A DNA stretch of 64,000 nt. Origin: Vicugna vicugna. Its lineage: Eukaryota. Location: NCBI GenBank assembly GCA_013265495.1, contig MU058009.1, positions 2,730,001 through 2,794,000 on the forward strand, written 5' to 3'. Below are positions 12,614 to 24,554 of the stretch, in pieces; position 1 is the stretch's first letter, and every line of letters begins with the position of its first letter. A program made the translations under genes and the position numbers. The notes beneath the pieces were generated by a model that did no database searches, had not been told where the DNA came from, and saw only the letters and a program-made list of their open reading frames with translations.

Positions 12614-14337
12614 CTAGATAAGAGGCAAAGGATGAAGCAGGGAGTTAATTTTCAAGCCAGTAATAAATAAGATACAATAAACAGACCCGATTTATACAAC
12701 AAGACTGGGATACTTCATTTCTCTACATCTTCAATGAAGATTATAACTCAGGAATTTCCAACTTCTAAACTTTTCTAAATATGAATCAAAGCTATCCATT
12801 AGAACCAAAGTACATGTCCTCTCCCTATAACCAAGAGACAAGATTACTGTCTTCAATGTCTCTCTGATGTCCAGCTCTTCTGGTTCGATGCAGAAGAGAC
12901 TCCATACACAAAACAAATGCAAATAGCATGTTCAGTGAAGCAAAGACCATTACAATACTTTATCCTTAACCTTTCTTGGATTACACACTAATTACAAGGT
13001 ATATACACACCTTATTTTTTTATTACTTCCTGGATAAAAATTAGTTAAGAAACTAAATTCTCTTGCACAAATGACCTTATACATAATCCACTATACAGAG
13101 AAATGTTAAAAACTATTTAGATGCTTGATTTAAGTCTTTATTGCTGAACAAAAAAGTTCATTATATTAGGACTATCAATAACTAATATACTTAAGGTTAT
13201 TTTATACTTGGATTGTCCACTATTAATAAAAAAATTAAAATCTGCTCATCTGCAAAGCAACTTAAGACGTCCTATGTTGTATCTGATAGAGTCGTCAGGT
13301 GTTACACAAGAGGAGTGGACGGGAGAGGGCTCAGCACAGGGAAGACACCAAAAACAGGAGTGGTTAACTGGGACATGGTTTAGCCCCATTGCTGGGCTTA
13401 GTGAAATGACAACCAGATACCCAGAGTTAGAAATGGTTAAACAAACTGTCTGGTCTGAAAAGAAAAACAAAAATCTATGCAGGAATAATTTGGAATTTAT
13501 TGAAAAATAAGATTTAGGAAATAAAGGTGGTTTAAATGTATTATTTCATTTTATAGGGAAATAAGGGTTCCTACAGATGCACAATACTGAAGAAGTACTA
13601 AAAAAGGACAACAGAATTTCACACCCAGAGGAGACCTCAGAAATCGTCTTTAAAGCTCACATTTTATCTTCCCTCTAAGCTTCCAGCTTCTTCATCTGTC
13701 AAGTGACAGGTTCAATCCTAATAGTTAGTCGCAGAACTAGAACCAGAACCTGATCCCTGGACACCCGACAAATCAGAAAGGTAACTCTACTACAAATTTT
13801 TAATGTTAAAAGCATGGAGCTCTAAACTGAAAGGAAAAAGGGAAAACTTCCTTTGATATAAATGATCATATCCATTATAGCTGCTGTTGAAGTTTCTCTC
13901 TTAATATTTCAGAAGAGAGAAGTGATCATCATTTAATTAACACCCAAATGGTCTGAAGTAATCAAACACCACTAAGTATCACGTGACATAGTAAGTTTTC
14001 CAATAAGGTCTATTAAGATCCACTACAGAATTTACTTTAAGCTTATGTTTAAAAAAACAAAACCCAAAAAACTGAAACAAGCAGGTAAGCAGTCTACTTC
14101 TGTAGGAAAAGATTCCTAACCCAACTATGAAAATACTTCAAATTGCATATACTTAGAAGGATCAGCAAAATTTTATTAGATCAGGAGATCAGAGTATTAT
14201 CGGAGAGTGGGAATTTAAAAGGAATGTGACTGATTAGCTGGCAACCTGATTTAAAAAACACAGCAGGCTGCCCTAAAAGCAGGAAAAGAGAGTTCAGAAA
14301 GCAGTTTTCCTGGTTCGGTTTTCGTTGTGCACCTCAC

Positions 14338-14638
14338 CTGCTCTGGAAGTAGTTTGCTAGCTCTGACGCTTCATGGTTCAGACTCCTCAGGTGCACGATT
14401 AAATTCCCAGAGTTGGTGAACATGGCGCCACATGTTTTGCACTCGTAAATCCGAGGCTTGCGGATAATGTGCCGGGAAACCCTCATGTGGTGTTTATATT
14501 CCCCGAAGGAAGTGAAAGTGGCACTACATATCTGGCACCGGAAACAGCGTTTACCTTCATGCTTTAGGCGATGCATCTTTAGCGAGTAAGCCCTGGTGAA
14601 CTTTTTCCCACAGCGGTCACACTGAAATGGTTTAATTC
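14338..14638 (-). CDS. ZBTB44: ZBTB44 coding exon 5, long form (301 nt), C2H2 fingers 2-4; a short form ends at 14555
   Basis: Acceptor ttttatag|GAATT and donor GCAG|gtgagg. Encodes CDRC..HRLKH, CQIC..HMRVSRH and CKTC..HLRSLNH. Internal donor GAAG|gtaaac at 14555. Confidence 0.95.
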
Positions 14639-15990
14639 CTATAAAATAAAGCAAAACAAAGTATTATCTAAAAACAAATAAACTGAAAGGCCATAATCCC
14701 CATAACTTCCTGAACTCTAATTCTGGAGCAATAGATAATCTGAAAAGACAAAAGTTATCAGCAAAAATGAATTGCCAAATTCAGTATTTCAGAAAAAGGT
14801 ACAGAACTTCTGAAGAGGCACTAGTGCCTGGGGGAAAAAAAAAGGGAGAGAAAGAAAGGCATGGCTGGATGGGGTGATCTAGGTGATGCAAACTCCAACG
14901 GGGCTTTTAACTCCTGTACATCTTCTACTTTATAAACTTCAAAACACAATTTAACCACAGTATTTAAACAGAACCCAAATCTTCATGTTCCATGTATTAT
15001 TTCACTTCATTAAAATAGTGAGGTTTATACTGAGAAGACGTGAAAATGATCAGCACCTCAGAGAGAAATGAGGGGAAAAAAAAAAAGAAAATTCTAACAT
15101 CTTTGACCATAATTAATGATTGTAATAGAACTACCACTTGATTAATTGGGTTTTTGGATATTTAATGTAGTAGTGATAGAAAATATGTAGAAATTAATAA
15201 ACGAACTATAAAGTATATTAATGGTCTCTTCCAATTCATTGTCAAAATTTTGGCAAAAAATTTCAAAAACCTTCAAAATATAATCTGTTGATTTAACAAA
15301 GGCAGAGTTGGCATGAGCACAGGGATTATAGACCTTGTAAAGAAGAGGCAAGTGAGCAGCTACACAGCTGAGAATGAAAGCAAAGACGTCTTACTTGCCA
15401 GAGGTCAGTGTTCTACCCACAAGGACTTCGTTGCCTTTATATGATTACTGCATTTAAGTTTCAAATATGTTCTACATACCATTTATCCAAAGTCTTTTTA
15501 TACTAAAAAATACTACAGGGCTGACTAATCAGGGCTCAGAGAAATTCAGGATTGTAGAATTAAAATTACTGCTATTGTTTAAAAACACTTTTTATTTGCA
15601 AATAATTACAAAGTTACAGAGAAGTTACAAAGAGAACAGGACAAAGAACACCAATATATACCCTGTTCACCCCATTTGCTTTACCGTATGTCTTTGTGCT
15701 TTTCTCCCTCATACACACACACATCTTTCTCATTCACACATTATACACACCCTCTTTAAACTTTAAGCAGAATACCTGTGCCTGTGGCAAATGTATTAAG
15801 CAAAGAGCTTTCTGACACTGCACCATTTTAGCAACAGACCTACGTTTATCTGTTCTCACCTGACTTCCCAGATGTATACTTTTTTCTAACTTAAAAACAT
15901 CTGTTTACCATTTTTAACTGGGATTCCAAAATAAAATGTTTTAGAGTCCTCAATTATACCACAATAAGGAGACCTGGAAGATGACATTAC

Positions 15991-16154
15991 CTGAGTGGAT
16001 GAGCATGTGCTGTTTCAGGTTCTGAATACGGGTGAATCGCACCCCACAGGTGGGACACTGAAAAGGTCTGTCTGGACCATTTGGACCTGGTCGTTCTGTG
16101 CTGCTGGTGGGAGGAGCAATGTAGAGTTGGTAGGGATACTGAGCATTTTCCAAT
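15991..16154 (-). CDS. ZBTB44: ZBTB44 coding exon 4 (164 nt), C2H2 finger 1 (CPTC...HMLIH)
   Basis: Acceptor gttttttag|ATTGG and donor TCAG|gtaatg. Phase 2 in, phase 1 out. Encodes LENAQYPYQLYIAPPTSSTERPGPNGPDRPFQCPTCGVRFTRIQNLKQHMLIHS. Confidence 0.95.
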
Positions 16155-17199
16155 CTAAAAAACAGACCAAAGAAGGCAACCAGGCTCTGATTTTTAAGTT
16201 CAGGAATATTTCTGCACAACTTTAAATGAACAGAAGAGAAGACATTTAAAGACTTTCTGAAGCAGTTTAACAGTTACATCACAAGTTTCATTTATAACAA
16301 CATGAAAAACAATGTTATTGTCCAGAATGTTCAGCATCTTTAGTTAGGCAAGGACGTATGACCAAGAGCATATCATTTTACCAATGATTTTACTTCAGGT
16401 GGTCCTTTCCTTCCTCCTGCTGCTTTAACTCAGGCCCTCGTCAATATAAGGCTGAATTAATAACTCCCTCTCGTTGGCTCCATATCCTCTAAGCCACCCT
16501 GTTTCACAGTGATCTCTGATTATGACAGTTCTGTGATTAAGAGCCCTGCGATGGTTCATGTCACCCTTAGAATGAAGGCACACCAGACTCCTTGTGACCT
16601 GCATCTGTGTGCTTTTCCAGTCTCATTTCTTGCCATTCCCCCAAACATACCCCATATCAAGCAGTTCCCCCTTAACAGCTTTCTCTTAGTGCTGTGCTTT
16701 TGTATACTTAACTTCCTCCACTTGCCCACCTTTTTTGCCTAGATAATACGCTCAGTCATTTTGTGAAAAGTCATCGCCTCTTCCCAAAAGCCTTCTTTGA
16801 TTCATCAGTGATCTAGGTAGGTACTCCCCTACGCAGAGCAACAGACCCCCTGCAGGTCACTCACAATGACCCACTTGTCTATCTTTAACCTGCCTCCCTC
16901 CCCCAAACTCGGTTTGATCTCTCTGAGGGCAAGGGCTGTTTCATCTCTACAGCCTCACCACTCAGTACAGTACCCAGCAAGGAAAAGACCACCTCCTTCA
17001 TGTCTGAAACTAAGGAGCCTGGGCATGTTTCTGTTAGTTTACACCTTCATTAACTTACTCAAATGACTCAGGTTCATAACCTGCTCTACCAGGTTCAGCT
17101 CTTCAGGAACAATAAACCTTGTCTGAGTTCTTTGACTCCTTCAAGTTTTCAATAAATATGTTTTTTTAAGTCTGTCCTGGATTCTATAAGGAGGTAATT

Positions 17200-18110
17200 C
17201 AGTGCAGTCTACATTCAGTGGTCAGAGACAGGTAAAAACTCAAAAAAATGATTAGAAGAGAGAATTAAAATAGGGTGAGTCAACAGTTATTGGTGTTTTA
17301 TTTCAGACTGGTGGTCAGGAAATGCTTCCCTGAGAGCTGACATTTAGAAAGTGATCTGAAGATGCAAGAAGGAGTCAGCAATGTGGAAATCAGGGAAGAG
17401 AGCATATCAGGCAAAGGCCCTAAAGTGGCAGAAAGACCCAAAAGCCAGAACAAGCAGACCAGCCCGGGACTGAAGGAAGGGCAGCCGGGCTGGAATGCGG
17501 TGTGTAAGGAGTGCAGCCTGAAGGGGTCAGGCGGACGTCAGACCTCGCAGGGCTTTTAAAGGCATAGGGAGGCCTTTAGATTTTAAGTGTGAATCTATTG
17601 GAGAATTTTAAGAATCTACTACTTGGAAGAGCAACGTAATCTGACTTAAAAAAAAAAAAAGATCATTCTGGCTGCTACGTGGAGAATGACTAGAATAGGG
17701 GAGAATGAAGTCAGGCAGGGGCCAGTTGAAGGTTACTGCATTAGCAAAGGCAAAAGACAGCGGTGACGAGCTGGGGTGGCTGTAGCAGAGATGGAGAAAC
17801 AATGCACCGACAAGGAGCGTCCTGCAGGCAGAGCCGATGGACTTGCTTAAAGATTAAGTATGGGGAGAGGGGATGAGGAGTGGTGAGGGAAACAATGCTG
17901 AAGTGTAACTCCCAGAGACACTGCTTGAGAAGCGGGGGGGACAATGATGCCGTTCACTGGGATGGGGAGACTGGAGGGGCAGGCTCTGAAGGGGAGGTAG
18001 AAGTCTGGGGTTCTGTCTTGGCCGTATGAGCTCTGCAACACCACTTCTACATCTATGTGAAAATAATCAAAAGCAGGAAGGGTCAAGGTGGAGGTAACGA
18101 CTGGGGAATC
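17200..18110 (-). mobile_element. L2 (LINE2) fragment
   Basis: Typical L2a-type segments (ggtggtcaggaaatgcttccctgag, gatcattctggctgcta, ccagttgaaggttactgc). Confidence 0.65.
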
Positions 18111-18129
18111 ATGGCTATACAGATAAGGG

Positions 18130-18280
18130 TTTGCCACCACGTGGTCTGTTTCAACCACTCCACTCTGCCAACCACAGATAAAATGTAAACAGATGAGCAT
18201 GGCTGTGTCCCAGTAAAACCTGACTTTCCAATAGAGGTGGTGGCTGGAACTGGCCTGTGGTCCCGTTTGCCTACCCCTGA
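18130..18280. mobile_element. MER58-like hAT-Charlie DNA transposon fragment
   Basis: aaatgtaaacagatgagcatggctgtgtcccagtaaaac...tttgcctacccctg resembles MER58A. Confidence 0.55.
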
Positions 18281-18524
18281 TATAGATACTGTTTGAAGTG
18301 ATGGGACAGGATGCATTTGGAAATGCTGAAAAAAGACCTCGTATAGATGGTCTGATTTAGGCCAGCAATACATATTAGCGATGTTGCTAACTCATGACTG
18401 TAAAAACGTACTAAAGTCAGGTCCCAATAAACTTTTATATAATTCCTAGATAAAATGTTGAATTTAGAGTCAGAGTTACAAGCACAGTCCGTACAAGAAA
18501 ACGACACGCTGTTTCAGGACTAAC

Positions 18525-18609
18525 CGGTCATCATCCTCTGTGTGAGCATTAGTGCTGGAAGTGCTCTGAAGTGTAGGTAAGCCTTCAGTGACGCCTTCAT
18601 CTACTGAGC
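18525..18609 (-). CDS. ZBTB44: ZBTB44 coding exon 3 (85 nt; GSVDEGVTEGLPTLQSTSSTNAHTEDDDR); absent from the ORF track
   Basis: Acceptor ttcttttattcacag|GC and donor GACCG|gttagt. Phase 1 in and phase 2 out fit the flanking exons, and the peptide matches my recollection of the ZBTB44 linker. Confidence 0.93.
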
Positions 18610-18779
18610 CTGTGAATAAAAGAAAGAGGAAAGCTCTCAATACTTTGGTCTAAGTGTAAATAAGGCAAGATATAAATTTCAAGTTCTATCTCCAAGCTTC
18701 TGACTAGATTATCAATGTATATACTCTGAATTATTAGTCAAAAGTTCTATATTTTAGTTTAATTAAATATTTATGTGAT

Positions 18780-18868
18780 GGGAGGGTATAGCTCAGTGGT
18801 AGAGCACATGCTTAGCATGCACGAGGTCCTGGGTTCAATCCTCAGGACCTTTATCTAAAAAAAAAAAA
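18780..18868 (+). mobile_element. tRNA-Ala(AGC)-derived SINE / retroposed tRNA-like copy (camelid Vic-1-like)
   Basis: GGGAGGGTATAGCTCAGTGGTAGAGC...CTTAGCAT...GGTTCAATCC carries A and B boxes. A12 tail, and target-site duplication TTTATGTGAT at 18770-18779 and 18870-18879. Confidence 0.85.
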
Positions 18869-18897
18869 GTTTATGTGATTTTAAAAAGCCATATATA

Positions 18898-19025
18898 GGG
18901 GGAGAGTATAGCTCAAGTGGCAGAGCGCATGCTTGAGGTCCAGGTTCAATCCCTAGTACCTCCTCTAAAAATGAAATAAAACCTAATTACCTCCCCCTGC
19001 CAATTAAAAAAAATATTTTAAAAAC
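18898..19025 (+). mobile_element. Second tRNA-Ala-derived SINE (Vic-1-like) with part of the anticodon arm deleted
   Basis: GGGGGAGAGTATAGCTCAAGTGGCAGAGC..GGTTCAATCCC, then the tail AAATAAAACCTAATTACCTCCCCC and an A-rich end. Imperfect flanking repeat aagccatata / gagccttata. Confidence 0.8.
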
Positions 19026-19454
19026 AAGAGCCTTATACTACTACTCAAATTTCTTTAGGAGTATTTCTTTGATATAAATTTTAGAAGTAGAGCAATTCAA
19101 ATTAAAGTAAAAAATTCACAAAAAATTGGTGTGTAACAGTCATTTAAGAAAGCACTGATAATTTTTATTTTTTAAAACTTACTGTGACATATGCCTTACT
19201 TACTGCACATACAACATTCTTTTTACACAGACTTAAAAAGATACCTCTCCAGTGCACATCTGTGCAACCTCCACACAAAGCCCGCTAAAACATGGCCGTG
19301 TCCCTGAAGTCCCCATTCCCTTCCCCGATCACAAAGCCTTCCTTCCAAGAGGCAACCATTAGCCAGTCTTTCATGATTATCATTTCTTTCCCTTTTTTCT
19401 TATCCTCCTTCCTTTTAAAAGTAATTTTTTACCCCAATACACGTTCCCACAAGC

Positions 19455-19620
19455 TAGGGGTTGTTTTCGCTGGAACACAGCCGAGCACCATCAAGGGCTG
19501 CTTTCACACTCCAGCGGCGGAGTGGAGTGACCACGCTTGGGACAGAGGCCGCACAGCAGCTCAGCCTAAAAGATTTACTATCGTGCCCTTTAAGGAAGAG
19601 TCTTGCCACCCTCACTGTAG
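19455..19620. mobile_element. MER58-like fragment, opposite orientation to the copy at 18.1 kb
   Basis: ggaacacagcc...ggctgctttcacact...cctaaaagatttactatcgtgccctttaagga. Confidence 0.5.
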
Positions 19621-19719
19621 TGTTGTCTGGCTGCAGACTTTAAATAAAATGAGTCACACTACACGTACTCTTGGGTCTCGCTTCTTTCCTTCAGAACTGT
19701 GGAATCAGCCGTGCTGTTA

Positions 19720-22600
19720 CATGTAAGTGAAGTTTGAACACTGGTGTACAAAATTCATAATCTATCCAATTCACTCCTGAGGGACAGTTTCAGGCTTCTA
19801 GGAGCAAAGCTGCCGTTAACATTCTTGTACAAGTAACTCAGTGCACATACCCATGCTGCTCTAGGGTTATCCAGACTCGGGAACGGGCTTGCTGGGTCAC
19901 AGGACAGGTATGATTTTCTGCTTCATGTATTTATTGAACCCTTCTTCTGTGAAATGCCTGTTCAAGTCTTCTGTTGAGTCGTCTTTCTTAAAAATTATGA
20001 GTTCTTTTCATGTTTCAGACACAAGGCCTTTGTCAGTGAAAGAAGTTACAAATATTTTCCCCTTTTTATGGTTTCTTTTGATGACCAAAAGTTTTATATT
20101 ATAATTTAGTTGAATTTACCAGCCTTTATGGTCGTGGTTTTTGGGGCTTGTTTTAAACATTCCTCCCCTACCTCAAATTATCTTATGAGTAACGTTGTGT
20201 CTGTGACATTTGGGTCTTTTCTTTAATCCACCCGGAGTGGATTTTGTGACAACACATTTATTGAAAAGCCCGTCTCTTCTTCCCTGCTCTGCAGTGCTCT
20301 CAATGCATGGGTTTGTTTCCAGGTTCTCTACCAGTTCCATCTGCTTGTTTGTACTTTCATAAATGCCGTTCTTCAGTCACTGTGTTTTCTAAATAAATCC
20401 TGTATCTGGTCGAGCAAATCCTCTCACCTTGTTCATCTGCTTCCTAAACATCTTGGCTATTCCTGGCCCTTTGCATTTCTTTATACAATTTAGAATTCGG
20501 TTGTTGAATATAAGTGAATAATCATTCCATTTCCTTTCTTCTGTTACTCTGGAAATCACACAATCTTTCTCTATCATTTTATGGTTGCTTTGGAAATTAG
20601 ACACATACTTAACTTACCAAAGTCTAAACAAAACCTTGACTTCCTCCCGGACAAGAGAAGGATCTTAGAACACTTTAACTTCATTTTCCATTCTGTAATG
20701 TACAAATACTGTCTGAAGTTTTACTTCTTTGTTTTAATAAGCTCCTACTCTTTCATACAAGCAATGTTTGTCCACATTTGTTCATGTTTACATTTCTCTG
20801 CTCTTCATTCTTCTGTGTATATTAGCCCTGCCATCTGCGCCCACTTTACGTCTACCTGACGCATTTCTTTAGTGATGATTTGCTGAATTTTGTTTTCTTT
20901 TAAGTGTCTTTATTTCAACTCCTTCATCCTTGAAAGCCATTTTCAGTGTGTGTGGACGTCTAGACTGGCAGTTGTGTTCTTTAGCACATTGGGTACATCG
21001 TTCCACTAGTTTCTAATGTTATTAAAAAGACAGATATTCTACTGAAGATAATCTGTTGTTAAATTTCTTTTTGGAATTTTCTCTATGTGTCTAGGTTTGT
21101 GTTTCTTTTCGTTATTCCAATTTGGGCTTTGCTGCCCTCTAATCTATGGATAGGTGTCTTTCGTCAATTCTGGAAAAGTTTCAGCTGTTCTCTCCTCTTT
21201 TAGGACTCCTATCAGATCTGTTTGTATCGGCCATAACCCTTACCCTCTTCTACACCTGTAGTCTCTACCATCGTCTCTGTGATGATTAATTTGATGTGTC
21301 AACTTCCTGGGCTAAAGGGTGCCCAGATAGCTGGTAAAATATTGTTTCTGGGTGTATCTGTGAGGGTGTTTCCAGAGAGATGAGCATTTAAATTGGTAGA
21401 CTGAATAAGGAAGATCATCTTCACCAATGCAGGTGGGTTTCTGTTGACAGTCTGAGCTGAACAAAAACATGGAAGGAGGGCAAATATGCTCTCTGCTCGA
21501 GTTGGGACACCCATTCTCTTCTGCTCTTAAACCTCGGCACTTCTGGTTCTCAGGCCTTTGGACTTGGACTGAGACTTACACTATCAGACCTCCAGTTCCC
21601 AGGCCCTTGGATTTGGACTGGGACTAAACCACCAGCTTTCCTGGGCTTCCACCTGCAGATGGCAGACTGTGGGGCTTCTGAGACTCCACAGGCAGGTGAG
21701 TGAATCCCTCCTTGTAAACCCCTTCCTATACAGCTATATGTATGTGCTACTGGCTCTGCTTCTCTGGAGAACCCTGACTAATAACAGTCTCTCTGTGCAG
21801 TATTCAGGTAATTTCTTCTAAATTATCTTCTGACTCACCAGTTCTCTCTTCTGCTAAATCCAGTCTGCTGCCAATATGTTAACTGAGTTCCTTATTTTGG
21901 CTACTTATGTTTCCTTGCGTGCCCTGGTTGTTTTTGACAGGTTACTGCTCTTGAAAATGACTTGCAGGGGACTGATTTCCTGAGGGTAGGACAAATATGC
22001 CCTCTTCCAGAGAAACTTTATGTTTGTCTCTGCCAGGCTCCTGGATGGTACCATCTAAACCAAATTCACTGTTTGACATTCCTTGGCCTACCCACACAAG
22101 GAGTAACCAGGATGTAAGTCTGTGAGATGCTGGTCTGTGGCCACAACTTCTCATGGATATGTTTTTCCCCTTTTCCCTTTTCATCTTCTAGTCAGCCAAC
22201 TGCCAAGGCAACTGTCTCTACAACCCTCTGGTGTTGGGAGGAAGGGAGCAAGTTTAGTTCTAGTGGTACAGTGAACTGTGGGTCCCTGCTGAAATGTGTA
22301 GAGCAACATCTCTAAGACTTCACAGCTTTTACATGCTCTGGTTGACCTCTGTTTCCTCTCCTCTTTGAGTTGATGAACCAAAACCCACTTGTGTTTTGGC
22401 AAATGTCTTAGGGAAAACTGGTTTTAGTGCTATGATATGGGTCAGACTTCCACCCTCAAGTTCACCTAGCACTTCCCTGACCACTTTTTCAGATACTTTA
22501 AAAGGTGATTTTAAAAAACCCCATCATGTTGTTTTTAGTGGGAGAGTAGATCCAAATAACCTATCCTGTTCTCATCAGGCACTGAACTTTGCCAATGCCT
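19720..22600 (-). mobile_element. Old L1M fragments, interrupted by an MLT2 LTR
   Basis: T-rich antisense L1 segments (tgtgaaatgcctgttcaagtct, tttattgaaaagc, tcttggctattcctggccctttgcattt, caattctggaaaagtttcagc). Confidence 0.6.
21278..21786 (+). mobile_element. MLT2B-type ERVL solo LTR, full length
   Basis: Starts TGTGATGATTAATTTGATGTGTCAACTT and ends CTGGAGAACCCTGACTAATAACA. Perfect 5-bp TSD GTCTC at 21273-21277 and 21787-21791. Confidence 0.88.
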
Positions 22601-24554
22601 TTACCGTATGCAGAAAGCTGCACTGCCCCACGTGGACAGACAGAGCCTCTGAAGCTGTGAGTCTTTACCTCAAGCACTCTTCTGGTTGCAGTATTTTAAA
22701 GAAAGCAAAAATGTACTAATTGTAACAGTCTGTACAACACCATATACATGTGAGTATTTAATATCATCTGTTAAGGGACACACAGAATGGAATGTCCTCC
22801 CAATGAAAATTCAGAACCCAACACTTCAATTCTCCCTTTGGAACACTTGAATTAGCTGACGTTGGGAAACGAATGTATTTTCCACTTAAGCAAAATTTTC
22901 CAAAAAACTAACCTAATCCCTTTTATGGCATCCAAAGTTACTTTATTAAATCATTTGTGCTAGAAAATCTGTGACAGGGTTGTATTTTGCCTTGACTTCT
23001 TAAAGAATACTAAATACAATTTTTTTGTTTCTTTATCACTCACAGCAATCGTTAAGAACACAATTATTACATTATGTTCTAATACACTGACAGAGGTTTC
23101 TGAAAGGAGACAAGACTCTGAGTTTACATTCATCCCCAGTGGCACCTCGTTCCTCCTGGCCCCTCATCTTACCCTTACTGGTGTGTGTGTGGCATTTCGG
23201 TGCATGTCTCTTCTGCTCTTTCCCTTACTATCAAAAGACATTTATGCTTTCCCCCATGCCTATTTACCCAGCTTATTCCTGACCTTCTCATTTGTTTTTA
23301 ATCCAGATGCGGGATGGAGGACCAGATAATGCTGCATTTTGTTTAAGAAAGAGTTGTTCACTTGTCAGTATCTTCCCATTGTCACTTTTTTTCTCCTTAA
23401 AGAAAACGGAACTAAACACTAACATTTCAATCTACCCTAGAATAAAAACTGGAAAAAATCCCAATATTTGACCTGGTCACCATGGACACAAAAAAATCTG
23501 CTTTATACTATTGTGTAGTTATTCAGAGCATAGGCAATATTACAGCTTATCAGTAAAGACTTGCAAAAAAGGCTGAGAGTTGTGATTAGGGTGGGCCAGG
23601 AAGATGACCTAGTTGACATTTGCTCCTCACCATCGGGCAAGCTGTACTGCTTCTGGGAAGCAGAGGGGGACTAGTGAGGTGAACTGAAACTCAGTCTGCT
23701 TTGGATTGGTCCTAGTATTATCAAGAGTTTGCTTAAAAAGCAAGCTACTCAAAAAAACTAAAGCAGAGTACAGGACACATCTAGCAGATGATCCCTCTTA
23801 AAAGAAATCTATTTCCACATTCTGAACTATCTAAACTTTGGCCTCTAGATCCCTAATCTGAAGGACAGTGAGCATGAAAAGGACAATGGCTTGTCCATAG
23901 CTATTAAATGCACCAAAAGTGAAACATGAAAACCACTCCAAGCTAAACTAAGAGTTAAACAGACTTTTAGAAATCTACCCATACTGCGGACACATAAACA
24001 GTGTTATATCATTTATGCAACTATCAGCAAAAACACACCTTGTAAGTCTTTTTCCTGAGATGATGGTTTCTGTCAGGACAACACAAGGAATCACATTAAA
24101 CTAGAATTTTAACTAAACTGATCTAATAGCAGAATATAAAAGCAATATTACTAACCTGAGGTGACAGTGATATTTCTTGAATTATTAAAATGAAGTTTCC
24201 TTTCTAAACTACAGAGATTCTGCTCTCAGTGGTAATGAGAGTAAAGAATTCAGAATAGAACCCTCTCTTATGAAATACTAAAGCCAATTTATAGAAACAA
24301 TCAGCTTTCTACGTTAAGAGCTATCTTATCTCGTCCACCATTAAGGGGTGCTGTACGATAGCTTTTGTCTCATCAAACTGACTCCTGTTTTCCCGAACTA
24401 TTGTTTAAGAACTTAAGACACTTAAGAAAACCCTTCTGGTGGTGAAACACAATCACGGTGGCTATCCACTACTGTGCATTTACCGTGTGCCAGCCACTGC
24501 TCTAAATGTTTTAAATACAGTACCTCATTTCATACTCGAGAAAGAGAAAAGCAG

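Noticed and set aside
18780..18856. Functional tRNA-Ala(AGC) gene
   Set aside because: Mismatches in the acceptor and anticodon stems, a poly(A) tail and a target-site duplication indicate a retroposed SINE copy.
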